Below are positions 10,987-20,288 of a stretch of DNA of 64,000 nucleotides, in pieces; the first letter of the stretch is position 1; the number at the start of each line of letters is the position of its first letter. A program made the position numbers and the translations under genes. Source of the stretch: Alphaproteobacteria bacterium (GTDB lineage Bacteria > Pseudomonadota > Alphaproteobacteria > SP197); NCBI GenBank assembly GCA_965221115.1, contig CBDCRU010000001.1, positions 154,983 to 218,982 on the forward strand. Direction: 5' to 3'. The notes beneath the pieces were generated by a model, which was given only the letters and a program-made list of their open reading frames with translations, ran no database searches and was not told the origin of the DNA.

Positions 10987-12428
10987 CCGGGCCACGGAAG
11001 CGAGTAGGTCTTGACGTTGGTGAAGAACCTCATGGCCTCCACGACACCTTCCTTGACGCCGTTGCCGCTGTCCTTGATGCCGCCGAACGGCGACATCTCG
11101 ATACGATAGCCGGGCTGCTCCCAGATGTTGCAGGTGCCGACGTCGAGCCCGTTGATGAAGGCGATGGCGCGCCCGAGATCGTTGGTGCAGACGCCTGAGG
11201 AGAGGCCGAAGGGCGTACCGTTCGAAATGGCCATGACGGCGGCATCGTCATCGGGTACGCGAAGGATCGGAATGACCGGACCGAATGTCTCCTCCATCAC
11301 CAGTTCGCTGTCATGGGGCACATGGTCGACGACGATCGGCGGCAGGAGAGCTCCCTGCCGCTCCGGGTGATAGAGAATCCGGGCGCCGGCCCTGGCGGCG
11401 TCTAGGACCCGGCGCTCGAAAAGTTCTGCGGCCCCGGCATCGATGACGCAGCCGAGTTCCGTAGCCGGGTCCTCGGGATCGCCGAACCTGATGGCGCGGG
11501 CCAAAGCGAGAACGCGGGCCACGAACGTCTCCGCCACGCTCTCCTGCACGAGGATGCGCTTGACGGCGGTACAGCGCTGGCCGGAGTTGCCTGTGGCTCC
11601 GGCGACGGCGATACCGGCGGCCTTGTGGAGATCGTCGTCGCCGAGGTCGTTGAGGACGATCAGGGGGTCGTTGCCGCCGAGTTCCAGGGCGGTGCGCCTG
11701 AACCCAGCCTTCTCGGCGATCATCTTGCCTACAGGCACTCCGCCGGTGAAGGTGATGATGTCGATGTTCCGGTTGGTGATCATCTCGTCGCCGATGTCGG
11801 CGGGCCGGCCGGTGACAACCTGGAACATCTCGGGCGGAAGACCGGCCTCGTAGAGGATGTCGGCGAGGGCGATGGCCGTCAGGGGCGTGCGCTCCGTGGG
11901 CTTGCAGACCATGCAGTTGTTGGTGGCGACGGACGGCGCCACCTTGTGGCTGACCATGTTGAGAGGGTGATTGAACGGGGTGATGGCACTGATGGCGCGC
12001 ACCGGTTCGCGCCTCGTGTAGATCTTGCGTTCCTTGCCCTGCGGCGTGAGATCGCAGGAAAAGATCGTGCCGTCGTCGACCAGCGCCATCTGTCCGGCGA
12101 AGGTGAAGACGTCGCAGGCGCGCCCCGTCTCGTAGAGGGCGTGACGGTGGCAGATGCCGAGTTCCAGCGTGAGCCAGCGGGCGAGCCAGTCGCGCTTGCG
12201 CTCGATGAGTTCGGCCGTCCCAAGGAGGATCTTCTGCCGCTCGTAACGGCTGAGCGTCGCCCGGTAGCCGGCGGCAATCTCGAAGGCGCGGGCGGCGTGT
12301 TCGGCCGTGCCCGCCGGAACCGTGCCGACGACCTCTCCGGTATAGGGGTAGTGCACGGAAACAACGTCATCGGTGAAGACGGTCTCGCCGCCGATCCTCA
12401 TGCCTTCGTGACGAACCTCCCGGCCCAT
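10983..12428 (-). CDS. phnY: phosphonoacetaldehyde dehydrogenase
   Basis: [30 protein letters not shown] and [11 protein letters not shown] motifs; adjacent to phnA. Confidence 0.95.
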   Translation of the reverse strand: MGREVRHEGMRIGGETVFTDDVVSVHYPYTGEVVGTVPAGTAEHAARAFEIAAGYRATLSRYERQKILLGTAELIERKRDWLARWLTLELGICHRHALYETGRACDVFTFAGQMALVDDGTIFSCDLTPQGKERKIYTRREPVRAISAITPFNHPLNMVSHKVAPSVATNNCMVCKPTERTPLTAIALADILYEAGLPPEMFQVVTGRPADIGDEMITNRNIDIITFTGGVPVGKMIAEKAGFRRTALELGGNDPLIVLNDLGDDDLHKAAGIAVAGATGNSGQRCTAVKRILVQESVAETFVARVLALARAIRFGDPEDPATELGCVIDAGAAELFERRVLDAARAGARILYHPERQGALLPPIVVDHVPHDSELVMEETFGPVIPILRVPDDDAAVMAISNGTPFGLSSGVCTNDLGRAIAFINGLDVGTCNIWEQPGYRIEMSPFGGIKDSGNGVKEGVVEAMRFFTNVKTYSLPWPG

Positions 12429-13672
12429 CAGGCGGCGGCCGCGGCGGTGGCGTGGAAGAAAGCATCGAAGTTGCGCAGGCGCGGCTCGTCGGGAATGTCG
12501 ATGACACGATTGACGATGAAGGGGACCACCTGCTCCGTCAGGCCGCCATGGCTGCGAAGGGGTTCCCGCAGAAGCTCGAGATCGTGACGGTCCCGCGAGG
12601 TGCCGATGCAGACATGGGCCCCTGAAATGATGACGATGTCGCCGATGCGGTCGGCCGGCAGCTCGAACCGCGACACAGCTTCGGCCCGGGTCAGCACGTG
12701 GGTGATGCCCTTCGTGTCCATGAACCTCCCGATGATGGCGTCCACATCGGCATCGGATGGCAGGTAGGCGGTGGCATATGAGCCCAGGGCGCCGTGATGC
12801 ACCACATAGGGATCGGTGATCGGCAGGATGACCCTGGCGGCATCCCGGCCGAGCCAGTCATCCAGCAGGTCCTGGGCGTAGACGACACATGGGGAGCCGT
12901 CGGCGAGATGCTTGGGCTTCATCCCGTGATCGGCCGTCAGCACGACCACCGCGCCGGCCGCGTCCATGGCGCCGAGGTATCGGTCAAACATGGCGTAGAA
13001 GGCCTTGGCTTCGGAGTCCTCGGGCGCGAACTTGTGCTGGATGTAGTCGCTCGTGGTGAGATAGAGCACATCCGGAGACCACTCCTGCAACAGCTTGACG
13101 CCGGCGGCGAAGACGAACTCGCTCAGAGCCCCCGAGTAGACCTCGGGCCTGGGCCGACCGAGCCACGCGCTGGCGTTCTCGATACCGTGTTCGGCGACGG
13201 TCGTGCTGTCGCAGCGTTCGGCCGAAAAACAGCGCCCCCGGTCTCCTGCCATGGTGAGCCCGGCGCCGAGCAGGGCCCGCAACTTGTCCTTGGCCGTGAC
13301 GATGCCGACCCGGGCGCCGGCATTCTGGAGGTCGCGGAAGATGGTGCCCGTCCTCAGGAACCGGACATCGTTCATCATCACTTCCTCGCCTGTCTCCGGA
13401 TCGTAGAGGAAGTTGCCGCAGATCCCGTGCACCGAAGGCGGCACACCGGTGGCGATCGACAGATTGTTGGGATTGGTGAAGGTCGGCACCACGGCGTCCG
13501 CAAGACGATCGGTTCCGATCTCGCGGATCCGCGCCAGGCACGGCATCAGGCCGTCTTCGATAGCCCTGTCGAGGTAGTCCGGTTCGCATCCGTCGAGACA
13601 GATGGCGATGACCGGCACCCTGGGAAGAGGATAGAGACGACCGTTGGTCTCGACCGCTGCCGTGGCGTTCAT
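12428..13672 (-). CDS. phnA: phosphonoacetate hydrolase
   Basis: [45 protein letters not shown] and LRSHGG motifs. Confidence 0.96.
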   Translation of the reverse strand: MNATAAVETNGRLYPLPRVPVIAICLDGCEPDYLDRAIEDGLMPCLARIREIGTDRLADAVVPTFTNPNNLSIATGVPPSVHGICGNFLYDPETGEEVMMNDVRFLRTGTIFRDLQNAGARVGIVTAKDKLRALLGAGLTMAGDRGRCFSAERCDSTTVAEHGIENASAWLGRPRPEVYSGALSEFVFAAGVKLLQEWSPDVLYLTTSDYIQHKFAPEDSEAKAFYAMFDRYLGAMDAAGAVVVLTADHGMKPKHLADGSPCVVYAQDLLDDWLGRDAARVILPITDPYVVHHGALGSYATAYLPSDADVDAIIGRFMDTKGITHVLTRAEAVSRFELPADRIGDIVIISGAHVCIGTSRDRHDLELLREPLRSHGGLTEQVVPFIVNRVIDIPDEPRLRNFDAFFHATAAAAA

Positions 13673-14832
13673 CGTTGCGATACCTCTGTGCTGGATTGTA
13701 CGAGCGACGGTGCCGCGTTCGCGACGCCCATGTCCTCAAGCGAGGCGCGTGCCGCGGCAACGACCTGCCGCATGACGTCCTCGTCGAGATCCCCGATGCA
13801 GCCGATACGAAAACTCTCGACCGCGGTCTGCTTGCCGGGATAGATCACGAATCCCCGTGCCTTCATCCGTTCATAGAACTGGTCGAAGTCGAACGCGGCG
13901 TCTGCCGGACACAGAAACGTCACGATGACAGGGCTTTGCCAGTGGTCGTCGAGCAGGGTGACGAAACCCTCGTCGCGCATGCCCTCCACCAGAACGTCGC
14001 GGTTGCGGGCGTAGCGGGCGCCCCGTCCGGCAACCCCGCCCTCCGCCTCGTGAAGACGCAGGGCTTCCACGAAGGCCGCGATGCATTGGGTGGGGGGTGT
14101 GAAACGCCACTGGCCTGTCCGGTTCATGTGCGACCACTGGTCGTGAACATCGAGACTGAGCGACCGGCTGTTCCCGCGGGCCGCCTCGAGGGCGTCCTTG
14201 CGGGCGACGATGAAGGCGAATCCGGGCACCCCTTCGATGCACTTGTTGGCCGACGACACCACGGCGTCGAACGGGACGTCGGCAGGGGAGAGCGGAAGAG
14301 CGCCGAAGGCCGACATGGAATCGATCAGGAACCGCCGCCCGGCCTGCCGGGTTGCGGATGCCATGGCGCTCAGCGGATTGAGCATGCCCGAACTCGTCTC
14401 GCAGTGGACTGCGACGACATGGGTGATCGCCGGATCGCGGGCCAGGGCCTCGGCGATGTCCGCGCCGCAGAGCGGCTGGCCATCCCCCTTCTCGAGAACT
14501 GTCGAGTCGCGGCCGAGGCAGGCCATCACCTTCGCGATCCGCCGGGCGTAGGCGCCGTTCGAGGGAATCAGGGCCTTGCCATGGGACGGAATGAAGGAGT
14601 TGAGCATGGCCTCGACCGAGAAGGTGCCGCTACCCTGCATTGGCACACAGTCGTAGTCCTCGTGAGCCCCTCCGAGCATGGTGACAAGCCGCGTGCGCAT
14701 CTCCTGAGTCAGGGCGATGAAGGCGTCATCGCGGCTACCCCAGTCGCGCAACATCGCCTGCCTGACCGACGGTGCGGTCGTCAGGGGACCGGGTGTCAAC
14801 AGGTAGGGTGCGGAAGGATCGGCTCGTGTCAT
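13669..14832 (-). CDS. phnW: 2-aminoethylphosphonate:pyruvate transaminase
   Basis: YLLTPGPLTT, QGSGTF, VHCETSSG, DSMSAFG, SSANKCIEG and QWRFTPP motifs; the upstream part of the long ORF is antisense to LysR and is not part of the gene. Confidence 0.96.
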   Translation of the reverse strand: MTRADPSAPYLLTPGPLTTAPSVRQAMLRDWGSRDDAFIALTQEMRTRLVTMLGGAHEDYDCVPMQGSGTFSVEAMLNSFIPSHGKALIPSNGAYARRIAKVMACLGRDSTVLEKGDGQPLCGADIAEALARDPAITHVVAVHCETSSGMLNPLSAMASATRQAGRRFLIDSMSAFGALPLSPADVPFDAVVSSANKCIEGVPGFAFIVARKDALEAARGNSRSLSLDVHDQWSHMNRTGQWRFTPPTQCIAAFVEALRLHEAEGGVAGRGARYARNRDVLVEGMRDEGFVTLLDDHWQSPVIVTFLCPADAAFDFDQFYERMKARGFVIYPGKQTAVESFRIGCIGDLDEDVMRQVVAAARASLEDMGVANAAPSLVQSSTEVSQR

Positions 14833-14891
14833 GGCACCATCCGATAGCATCCGGACTGGTCGGGGACAAAATCTTACCTTACGATGAATCG

Positions 14892-14906
14892 ATAAACTCA
14901 ATTTAT
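14892..14906. promoter_or_regulatory. putative LysR-binding site (T-N11-A dyad ATAAA-CTCAA-TTTAT)
   Basis: AT-rich inverted repeat in the divergent phnW/LysR intergenic region. Confidence 0.6.
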
Positions 14907-14922
14907 GGATAGCCTGTCGGTC

Positions 14923-15858
14923 ATGAACTACACGCAGATCCGCGCCTTCCACGCGGTGGCGAGACTCGGGGGATTTTCGCGGGCCGCCGAAGCGTTGCAT
15001 CTCACCCAGCCGGCGGTCTCCGAACAGGTCCGTCGCCTGGAACAGGCCCATGACCTGCGGCTGTTCCACCGGCACCGCAAGCGTGTCCGGCTCACCGAGG
15101 CCGGTTCCAGGCTCCGGGTCCTTACCAGGCGGTACTTCGAAGTCGAGGACGAGATCGACGCTTTCCTCGTGGAGCGGGCCGCCAAGGTGTCCGGGCGCCT
15201 TCGCATTCACGCCGACTCGGCGCGTCACATCACGGATATTCTCACCCGCTTCCGCCGTCGCCATCCGGACGTGAAGATCCAGCTCCGACCCGGCAACACG
15301 GGCACCATTCTCGAGGCCTTGCGCAACTGGGACGCGGATATCGGCGTTGTCGGCCAGATGCCGGGCGCCGCCGACCTCGATTCGCTCGATCTCGGATCGA
15401 CACCCATCATCGCCTTTGCCGCGCGGGGTGTCGTCCCGCCCGGCATCGCGGCCATGACGATGCGGGATCTTGCCGGCTATCCCCTGGTTCTGCGCGAACC
15501 GGGCTCGGCGACACGCCGCCAGGTTCTCGACCGGGCGCAGGCGCTTGGCATCGCCCTCGACGTGGCGATCGAGGCCGAGGGGCGCGATGCCGTGCGCGAT
15601 CTCGTCCTCTCCGGAGGCGGGGTGGGGTTCGTGTCGCGTGCCGAACACACTTCCGACCCGGACGCCGTTGCCATTGAGGTGACCGACCTCGGCGCCTACA
15701 TGGCCGAGTCGATCGTCCACCTGTCGCAGCGGCGAAACGTGCGTCTGATCCGGCGGTTCATGGAGTTCGCCCGCGGCGCCACCTTCATGAATCCGGTCAG
15801 CGAAAGCGCCAGGCCTGCGTCCGCTTCATCACGCCGCGCGAAAGCGCCAGATGAATGA
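14923..15858 (+). CDS. LysR-family regulator associated with aminoethylphosphonate catabolism
   Basis: MNYTQIRAFHAVA..GGFSRAAEALHLTQPAVSEQVRRLE HTH; divergent from phnW. Confidence 0.93.
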   Translation: MNYTQIRAFHAVARLGGFSRAAEALHLTQPAVSEQVRRLEQAHDLRLFHRHRKRVRLTEAGSRLRVLTRRYFEVEDEIDAFLVERAAKVSGRLRIHADSARHITDILTRFRRRHPDVKIQLRPGNTGTILEALRNWDADIGVVGQMPGAADLDSLDLGSTPIIAFAARGVVPPGIAAMTMRDLAGYPLVLREPGSATRRQVLDRAQALGIALDVAIEAEGRDAVRDLVLSGGGVGFVSRAEHTSDPDAVAIEVTDLGAYMAESIVHLSQRRNVRLIRRFMEFARGATFMNPVSESARPASASSRRAKAPDE

Positions 15859-17809
15859 TGCGCGCAGCGGCATTGGTATAGAAGATCATCATGCCCATGG
15901 CCGCGGCGGGAGCGATGTCCCCGGCGTCGTCCATGTTGAGGACCGCAATCGAGGCCAGCGACGTCTTCGGCGAATAGAGGAAGACCACGGCGGAGACCGT
16001 CGTCATCGCGTTGACGAAGAGATAGATCGAAATGTCGAGGATGGCGGGCAGGCAGACCGGAACGGTCACCCGGGAGAACAGCTTCATGGCCGGCTGCTTC
16101 AATGACGCCGAGACCGCCTCGAACTCGCGGTCCATCTGTTTCAGTGCCGTGACGGCTGTCAGGTGGGACACCGTGTAGAAGTGGGTGATCGTGCAGATGA
16201 CCAGGATGGCCATGGTTCCGTAGAGGACGTTCAGCGGGTTGGCCGGGTCATTGAAGAAGAATATGTAGGCCAGTCCCAGCACCATGCCCGGGATGGCCAT
16301 CGGCAGCATCGCGAACATCTGAAAGATGTTGCGGCCCGTCGTGAAGCCATTCGTTTTCTCGACCAGGAAGGCGCCGAAGAAGATGATCACGGTTCCGACG
16401 GCGGCGGTGATGAGGCCCATCTTGATAGAGTTGTAGTAGCTCGCCCAGCCGCCGCCATCCATGAGATCGAAGCGGTAGTTGTTGAGACTGAGACTGAGGT
16501 CGTAGGGCCAGAACTTGACCAGGGCCGCGAACTGGCAGACCCCGAGAATGCCGAGAATGAAGACGGCGATGACGGCGCAGCACGCGAACCAGGCGCGGTC
16601 CCGTGCGCGATCGGGTTTGGGCTGGAAGGGCACCGAGCGGGCAGTGAGCTGGGCCACCTGGCGGCGCTGCACGAAACGGTCGACGGCGAATGCCAGGAGC
16701 GCCGGAATGACCAGCACCACCGATACCACCGCACCCATTTCGAAGTTCTGCTGGCCGATGACCTGCTTGTAGATGTCCACGGCCAGAACGTTGTACTGGC
16801 CGCCGATGACCTTCGGGAGACCGAAGTCCGTGATCACCAGGTTGAAGACGACGAAGGCCGCCGAGATCAGACCGTACCGGGCCCCGGGAATGGTGACGGT
16901 CCAGAAGGTCTTCCACGGCGACGCGCGAAGCGCGGCGGCTGCTTCGTAGAGCCGGGCGTCGGAGATCGCAAGCGCCGTCGACAGGATGAGGAAGGCGTGC
17001 GGGAAGGTGAAGAAGACCGCCCCGATCACGATGCCGATGGGGCCGTAGATGCTCTCTCCCATGAGCAGGGACTTCAGCATCCCCTGGTTGCCGAAGAGGT
17101 AGACGAGGGCGATCCCGGGAAGCAGGGAGGGCACCAGTATCGGCGCCATGGCCACGAGACGGAAGAATCCCTTGAAACGCGCGCAGGATCGATTGAGGGC
17201 GTAGGCATAGGCGAACGCCAGAACGATGGTGACGATCGTGCTCAAGGTGGCGATCACGAGGGAGTTCGTGATCGAGTTGGAGAGCGCCGGCGTGGCGAAG
17301 TAGGTGCGGAAGTTGTCGAGTCCCGTGGAGGTGGCGGGACGCAATTGCACGCGGCGGAAAGTGTTGGAATCGAGTTCCACCCACTCCTGGCCTTGATGGC
17401 GCGTCGAGCCGACGAGGAACGTCGCGTCGTCGACCGTGCCGCGGATCCGGTACATCACGGGACTGCGGAAACTGAACTCGGGAAAGAACTCCGTCGCCGG
17501 CAGGCGCCCGTCGCTGCCCGTCACAAGATCGGTCTCGACATAGCGGTCCAGATTGGCGTTCAGCGCACTGGCGAGGACCGGCGCGGCGTCGAAACGCCCC
17601 TCCTCGTCCGAGACCTGGAACTCGAACCAGGTGAGATCGAAACGGAACGTGGACACCGACTTCGACAGCATCGCGTAGAGGGGAAACGCGAGCGTCACGA
17701 CAAGATAGAGGGCGATGACGACCATCCACAGCCGCATCATCACATCGTCGCGGCCCAGTTTCGGTCTGACGCGGCCCCCCTTCGGGAGGGTCGCGACGCT
17801 CTCAGACAT
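15797..17809 (-). CDS. 2-aminoethylphosphonate ABC transporter permease (double permease; AepXVW/PhnS2-type system)
   Basis: Two EAA loops (DARLYEAA, DREFEAVS), TDFGLPKVIGG and VLNMDDAGD; carries an extra periplasmic segment of about 110 aa. Confidence 0.9.
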   Translation of the reverse strand: MSESVATLPKGGRVRPKLGRDDVMMRLWMVVIALYLVVTLAFPLYAMLSKSVSTFRFDLTWFEFQVSDEEGRFDAAPVLASALNANLDRYVETDLVTGSDGRLPATEFFPEFSFRSPVMYRIRGTVDDATFLVGSTRHQGQEWVELDSNTFRRVQLRPATSTGLDNFRTYFATPALSNSITNSLVIATLSTIVTIVLAFAYAYALNRSCARFKGFFRLVAMAPILVPSLLPGIALVYLFGNQGMLKSLLMGESIYGPIGIVIGAVFFTFPHAFLILSTALAISDARLYEAAAALRASPWKTFWTVTIPGARYGLISAAFVVFNLVITDFGLPKVIGGQYNVLAVDIYKQVIGQQNFEMGAVVSVVLVIPALLAFAVDRFVQRRQVAQLTARSVPFQPKPDRARDRAWFACCAVIAVFILGILGVCQFAALVKFWPYDLSLSLNNYRFDLMDGGGWASYYNSIKMGLITAAVGTVIIFFGAFLVEKTNGFTTGRNIFQMFAMLPMAIPGMVLGLAYIFFFNDPANPLNVLYGTMAILVICTITHFYTVSHLTAVTALKQMDREFEAVSASLKQPAMKLFSRVTVPVCLPAILDISIYLFVNAMTTVSAVVFLYSPKTSLASIAVLNMDDAGDIAPAAAMGMMIFYTNAAARIIHLALSRGVMKRTQAWRFR

Positions 17810-18905
17810 CCCGGGCAAAGGCCATGAGGCCGGATTCCTGGAGAGAAACGTGGATGTCCTGACCGGCCTCGAGCGACAGGCGGCGCACGGCGTTCGTCGG
17901 AAAGTCGGCCATCAGCGCATCGCTGCCGAAATCCTCGCTGTGGAGGAGGCAACGCCAGAAGGACCCCAGGAACGCCATGTCGGCCAGGGTGACCTTCTCG
18001 CAGTTGACCTCATCGGGAGAGGGCCGGTATCCGGCACCGAGCGGCACGATCTCGTCGGGCCGGATGGCCGCGACGACTGCCGCGCCGGACTCGTGGTGGT
18101 GCGTCCGGCAAGAGAACTCGCTCTGGCCGACCCGCACCGTGGCGCTGTCGACGACGCGGGCGTCGAACTGGTTCATTTCGCCGATGAAGCCGGCGACGAA
18201 CAGCGATGCGGGATCGCGGTAGACCGCAGTCGGCGAGCCGATCTGCTCGATGACGCCGTGGTTCATGACGACGATCCGGTCAGCCATCGAGAGCGCCTCT
18301 TCCTGATCGTGGGTCACCATGATCGTGGTCACGCCAAGCCTGCGCTGCAGGTCCTTGATCTCGTGTCGCAGACGCACTCGTACCTTGGCATCCAGCGCCG
18401 ACAGGGGCTCGTCGAGCAGCAGCAGACCGGGCGAGGTGGCGATCGCCCGGGCCAGCGCCACCCGTTGTTGCTGTCCGCCGGAGAGCTGGGCCGGATACTT
18501 GTCGCTCTGGTCGGGAAGTCCCACGGTCTCCAGCAGTTCCGTCACCCGTGCCCGGATCTCGCTCCTGGCGCGCCCCTGGTTCTCGAGCCCGTAGGCGATG
18601 TTGCGGTGGACGGTGAGGTTCGGGAAGAGGGCGTAGGACTGGAAGACAATCCCGAAATCCCGCTGCGAGGGCGGCAGGGCAGACACGTCCCTGCCGTTCT
18701 GGATAACGGTGCCCTGTGTCTGCAGGTCGAGCCCGGCGATGGCTCTGAGCAACGTGGTCTTGCCACAGCCCGACGGCCCCAAAAAACAGACGAACTCGCC
18801 ATCCATCACCTCAAGCGAGATGTCCTTCAGAGCCACGAAATCCCCGAAGGACTTCCACAGTCCGGAGATCCGGAGGCTGACGTCCGGGGTGAGGGTGGCG
18901 GTCAT
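17802..18905 (-). CDS. 2-aminoethylphosphonate ABC transporter ATP-binding protein
   Basis: GPSGCGKTT, LSGGQQQR, LLLDEP and TOBE-like tail. Confidence 0.92.
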   Translation of the reverse strand: MTATLTPDVSLRISGLWKSFGDFVALKDISLEVMDGEFVCFLGPSGCGKTTLLRAIAGLDLQTQGTVIQNGRDVSALPPSQRDFGIVFQSYALFPNLTVHRNIAYGLENQGRARSEIRARVTELLETVGLPDQSDKYPAQLSGGQQQRVALARAIATSPGLLLLDEPLSALDAKVRVRLRHEIKDLQRRLGVTTIMVTHDQEEALSMADRIVVMNHGVIEQIGSPTAVYRDPASLFVAGFIGEMNQFDARVVDSATVRVGQSEFSCRTHHHESGAAVVAAIRPDEIVPLGAGYRPSPDEVNCEKVTLADMAFLGSFWRCLLHSEDFGSDALMADFPTNAVRRLSLEAGQDIHVSLQESGLMAFARDV

Positions 18906-18929
18906 GGGGTCGGTCCCCTGCCGGAGGGG

Positions 18930-18953
18930 ACGGGGCGGCTTGCGCCGCCCCGT
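18930..18953 (-). terminator. intergenic GC stem-loop after the SBP gene (mRNA stabiliser or partial terminator)
   Basis: ACGGGGCGGC-GCAA-GCCGCCCCGT on the minus strand: 10-bp stem with GNRA loop; no U-tract. Confidence 0.55.
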
Positions 18954-18970
18954 GAAACCCGGATCAAGCC

Positions 18971-19993
18971 TTAGCTCTTGGGCTCCGACTTGCCGTCGTA
19001 CCGCGACTGCCATTCGGCGAGGATCGCAGCGCGATTGTTGGCGGCCCACTCGAAATCATTGTCGATCATGGCGTCAAGCAGACCTTCGGGGAAATGCTCG
19101 ACCGGCTTGGCGACGCCGGGCATGGCGATCACCGCATAGCCGACGTTGTACATCTCCATCGCCTTCCGGGTGACGGCCCAGTCCAGCAGGGTCTGCGCCG
19201 CCTCGAGATTGGCGGTTCCGGCGATGATGCCACCGGCTTCCATGTCCCAGCCCACGCCTTCGCTCGGCACGATGATCTCGAGCGGTGCGCCGGCGGCCTT
19301 CGACTTGGCGCCACGGAAGGCGAAAGACACGCCGATCGGGATCTCGCCGGCGGCAGCCAGCTTGCAGGGTTTCGAGCCCGAATGGGTGTAGCGGGCGATG
19401 TTCTCGTGGAGTCCGTCCATGAAGGCCCAGCCCTCCTCCTCGCCGAACATCTGCAGCCAGCTCGAGACGTCGAGAAACCCGGTGCCGGAGGAGTTCGGGT
19501 TCGGCATGATCACGTGGCCGGCGTACATCGGGTCCAGCAGGTCCTTCCAGGATCCTGGTGCGGTCAGGCCGTACTTCTCTCCCTCGACGGTGTTGAAGCA
19601 GATCGACGCGACCCAGGCATCCTGGCCGACCCAGGCCGGCGGATCGTCATTGTCGACAAACTTGGGATCAAGCGCCTCCACGCCGACCGGAGCATAGGGC
19701 TCGAGCATGCCCTCGCTCTTGAGCAGCAGCAGCGACGTGGCGGCCAGCCCCCACACGACATCGGCCTGGGGATTGTTCTTCTCCGCCAGCAGTTTCGCCG
19801 TGACGATGCCCGTGGAATCCCGCACCCAGTTGATGGTGATGTCGGGATGGTCCTCGTTGAAGGTATCGGCGTAGCGCTTGAGGTCCTCGGCCTCGAAGGC
19901 GGTATAGACGGTCAGTTCGGTCTGCGCGTTCGCCGCCGTCCAGAACAGCGCCGCCGCGGCGACCGAGATCGCCAGTGGTACTTTGCCTAACAT
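18971..19993 (-). CDS. 2-aminoethylphosphonate ABC transporter substrate-binding protein (AepX/PhnS2-like)
   Basis: Signal peptide; WVRDSTG, MPNPNSSGTG and YTHSGSKPC motifs; SD GAGGAG. Confidence 0.9.
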   Translation of the reverse strand: MLGKVPLAISVAAAALFWTAANAQTELTVYTAFEAEDLKRYADTFNEDHPDITINWVRDSTGIVTAKLLAEKNNPQADVVWGLAATSLLLLKSEGMLEPYAPVGVEALDPKFVDNDDPPAWVGQDAWVASICFNTVEGEKYGLTAPGSWKDLLDPMYAGHVIMPNPNSSGTGFLDVSSWLQMFGEEEGWAFMDGLHENIARYTHSGSKPCKLAAAGEIPIGVSFAFRGAKSKAAGAPLEIIVPSEGVGWDMEAGGIIAGTANLEAAQTLLDWAVTRKAMEMYNVGYAVIAMPGVAKPVEHFPEGLLDAMIDNDFEWAANNRAAILAEWQSRYDGKSEPKS

Positions 19994-20288
19994 GGTTGGA
20001 TCTCCTCGGTGTGACGTGAACCAGAATAGGGTGACGGACAAAAAAAGATAGTACGGGCGCGCTTCGACTCCACCACCGGCGCGACCCGCAGACCGGGAAC
20101 CTGACGGCCCGATGACGCAACGCACAAACCCCGGGCCATCTGCGTCAACCGGGGTGATCGCACGAACAGGCGGCACCGGCGTCATCAACAATGCCCGCCG
20201 GTTGTCCGGGGCGCCGGACGGCAGGGCCACCCCGCAACGCGACAACCTCGTCAGGATGCGCCTTCTTGTCCCGACCTCCGATGCCGTC

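Noticed and set aside
14833-15720. Apparent N-terminal extension of PhnW (683-aa ORF)
   Set aside because: It is the antisense shadow of the LysR gene; PhnW motifs begin at 14832.
19994-20060. Pho box upstream of the AEP SBP
   Set aside because: The GTCAC repeats are 20 nt apart, not the 11/22-nt PhoB period.
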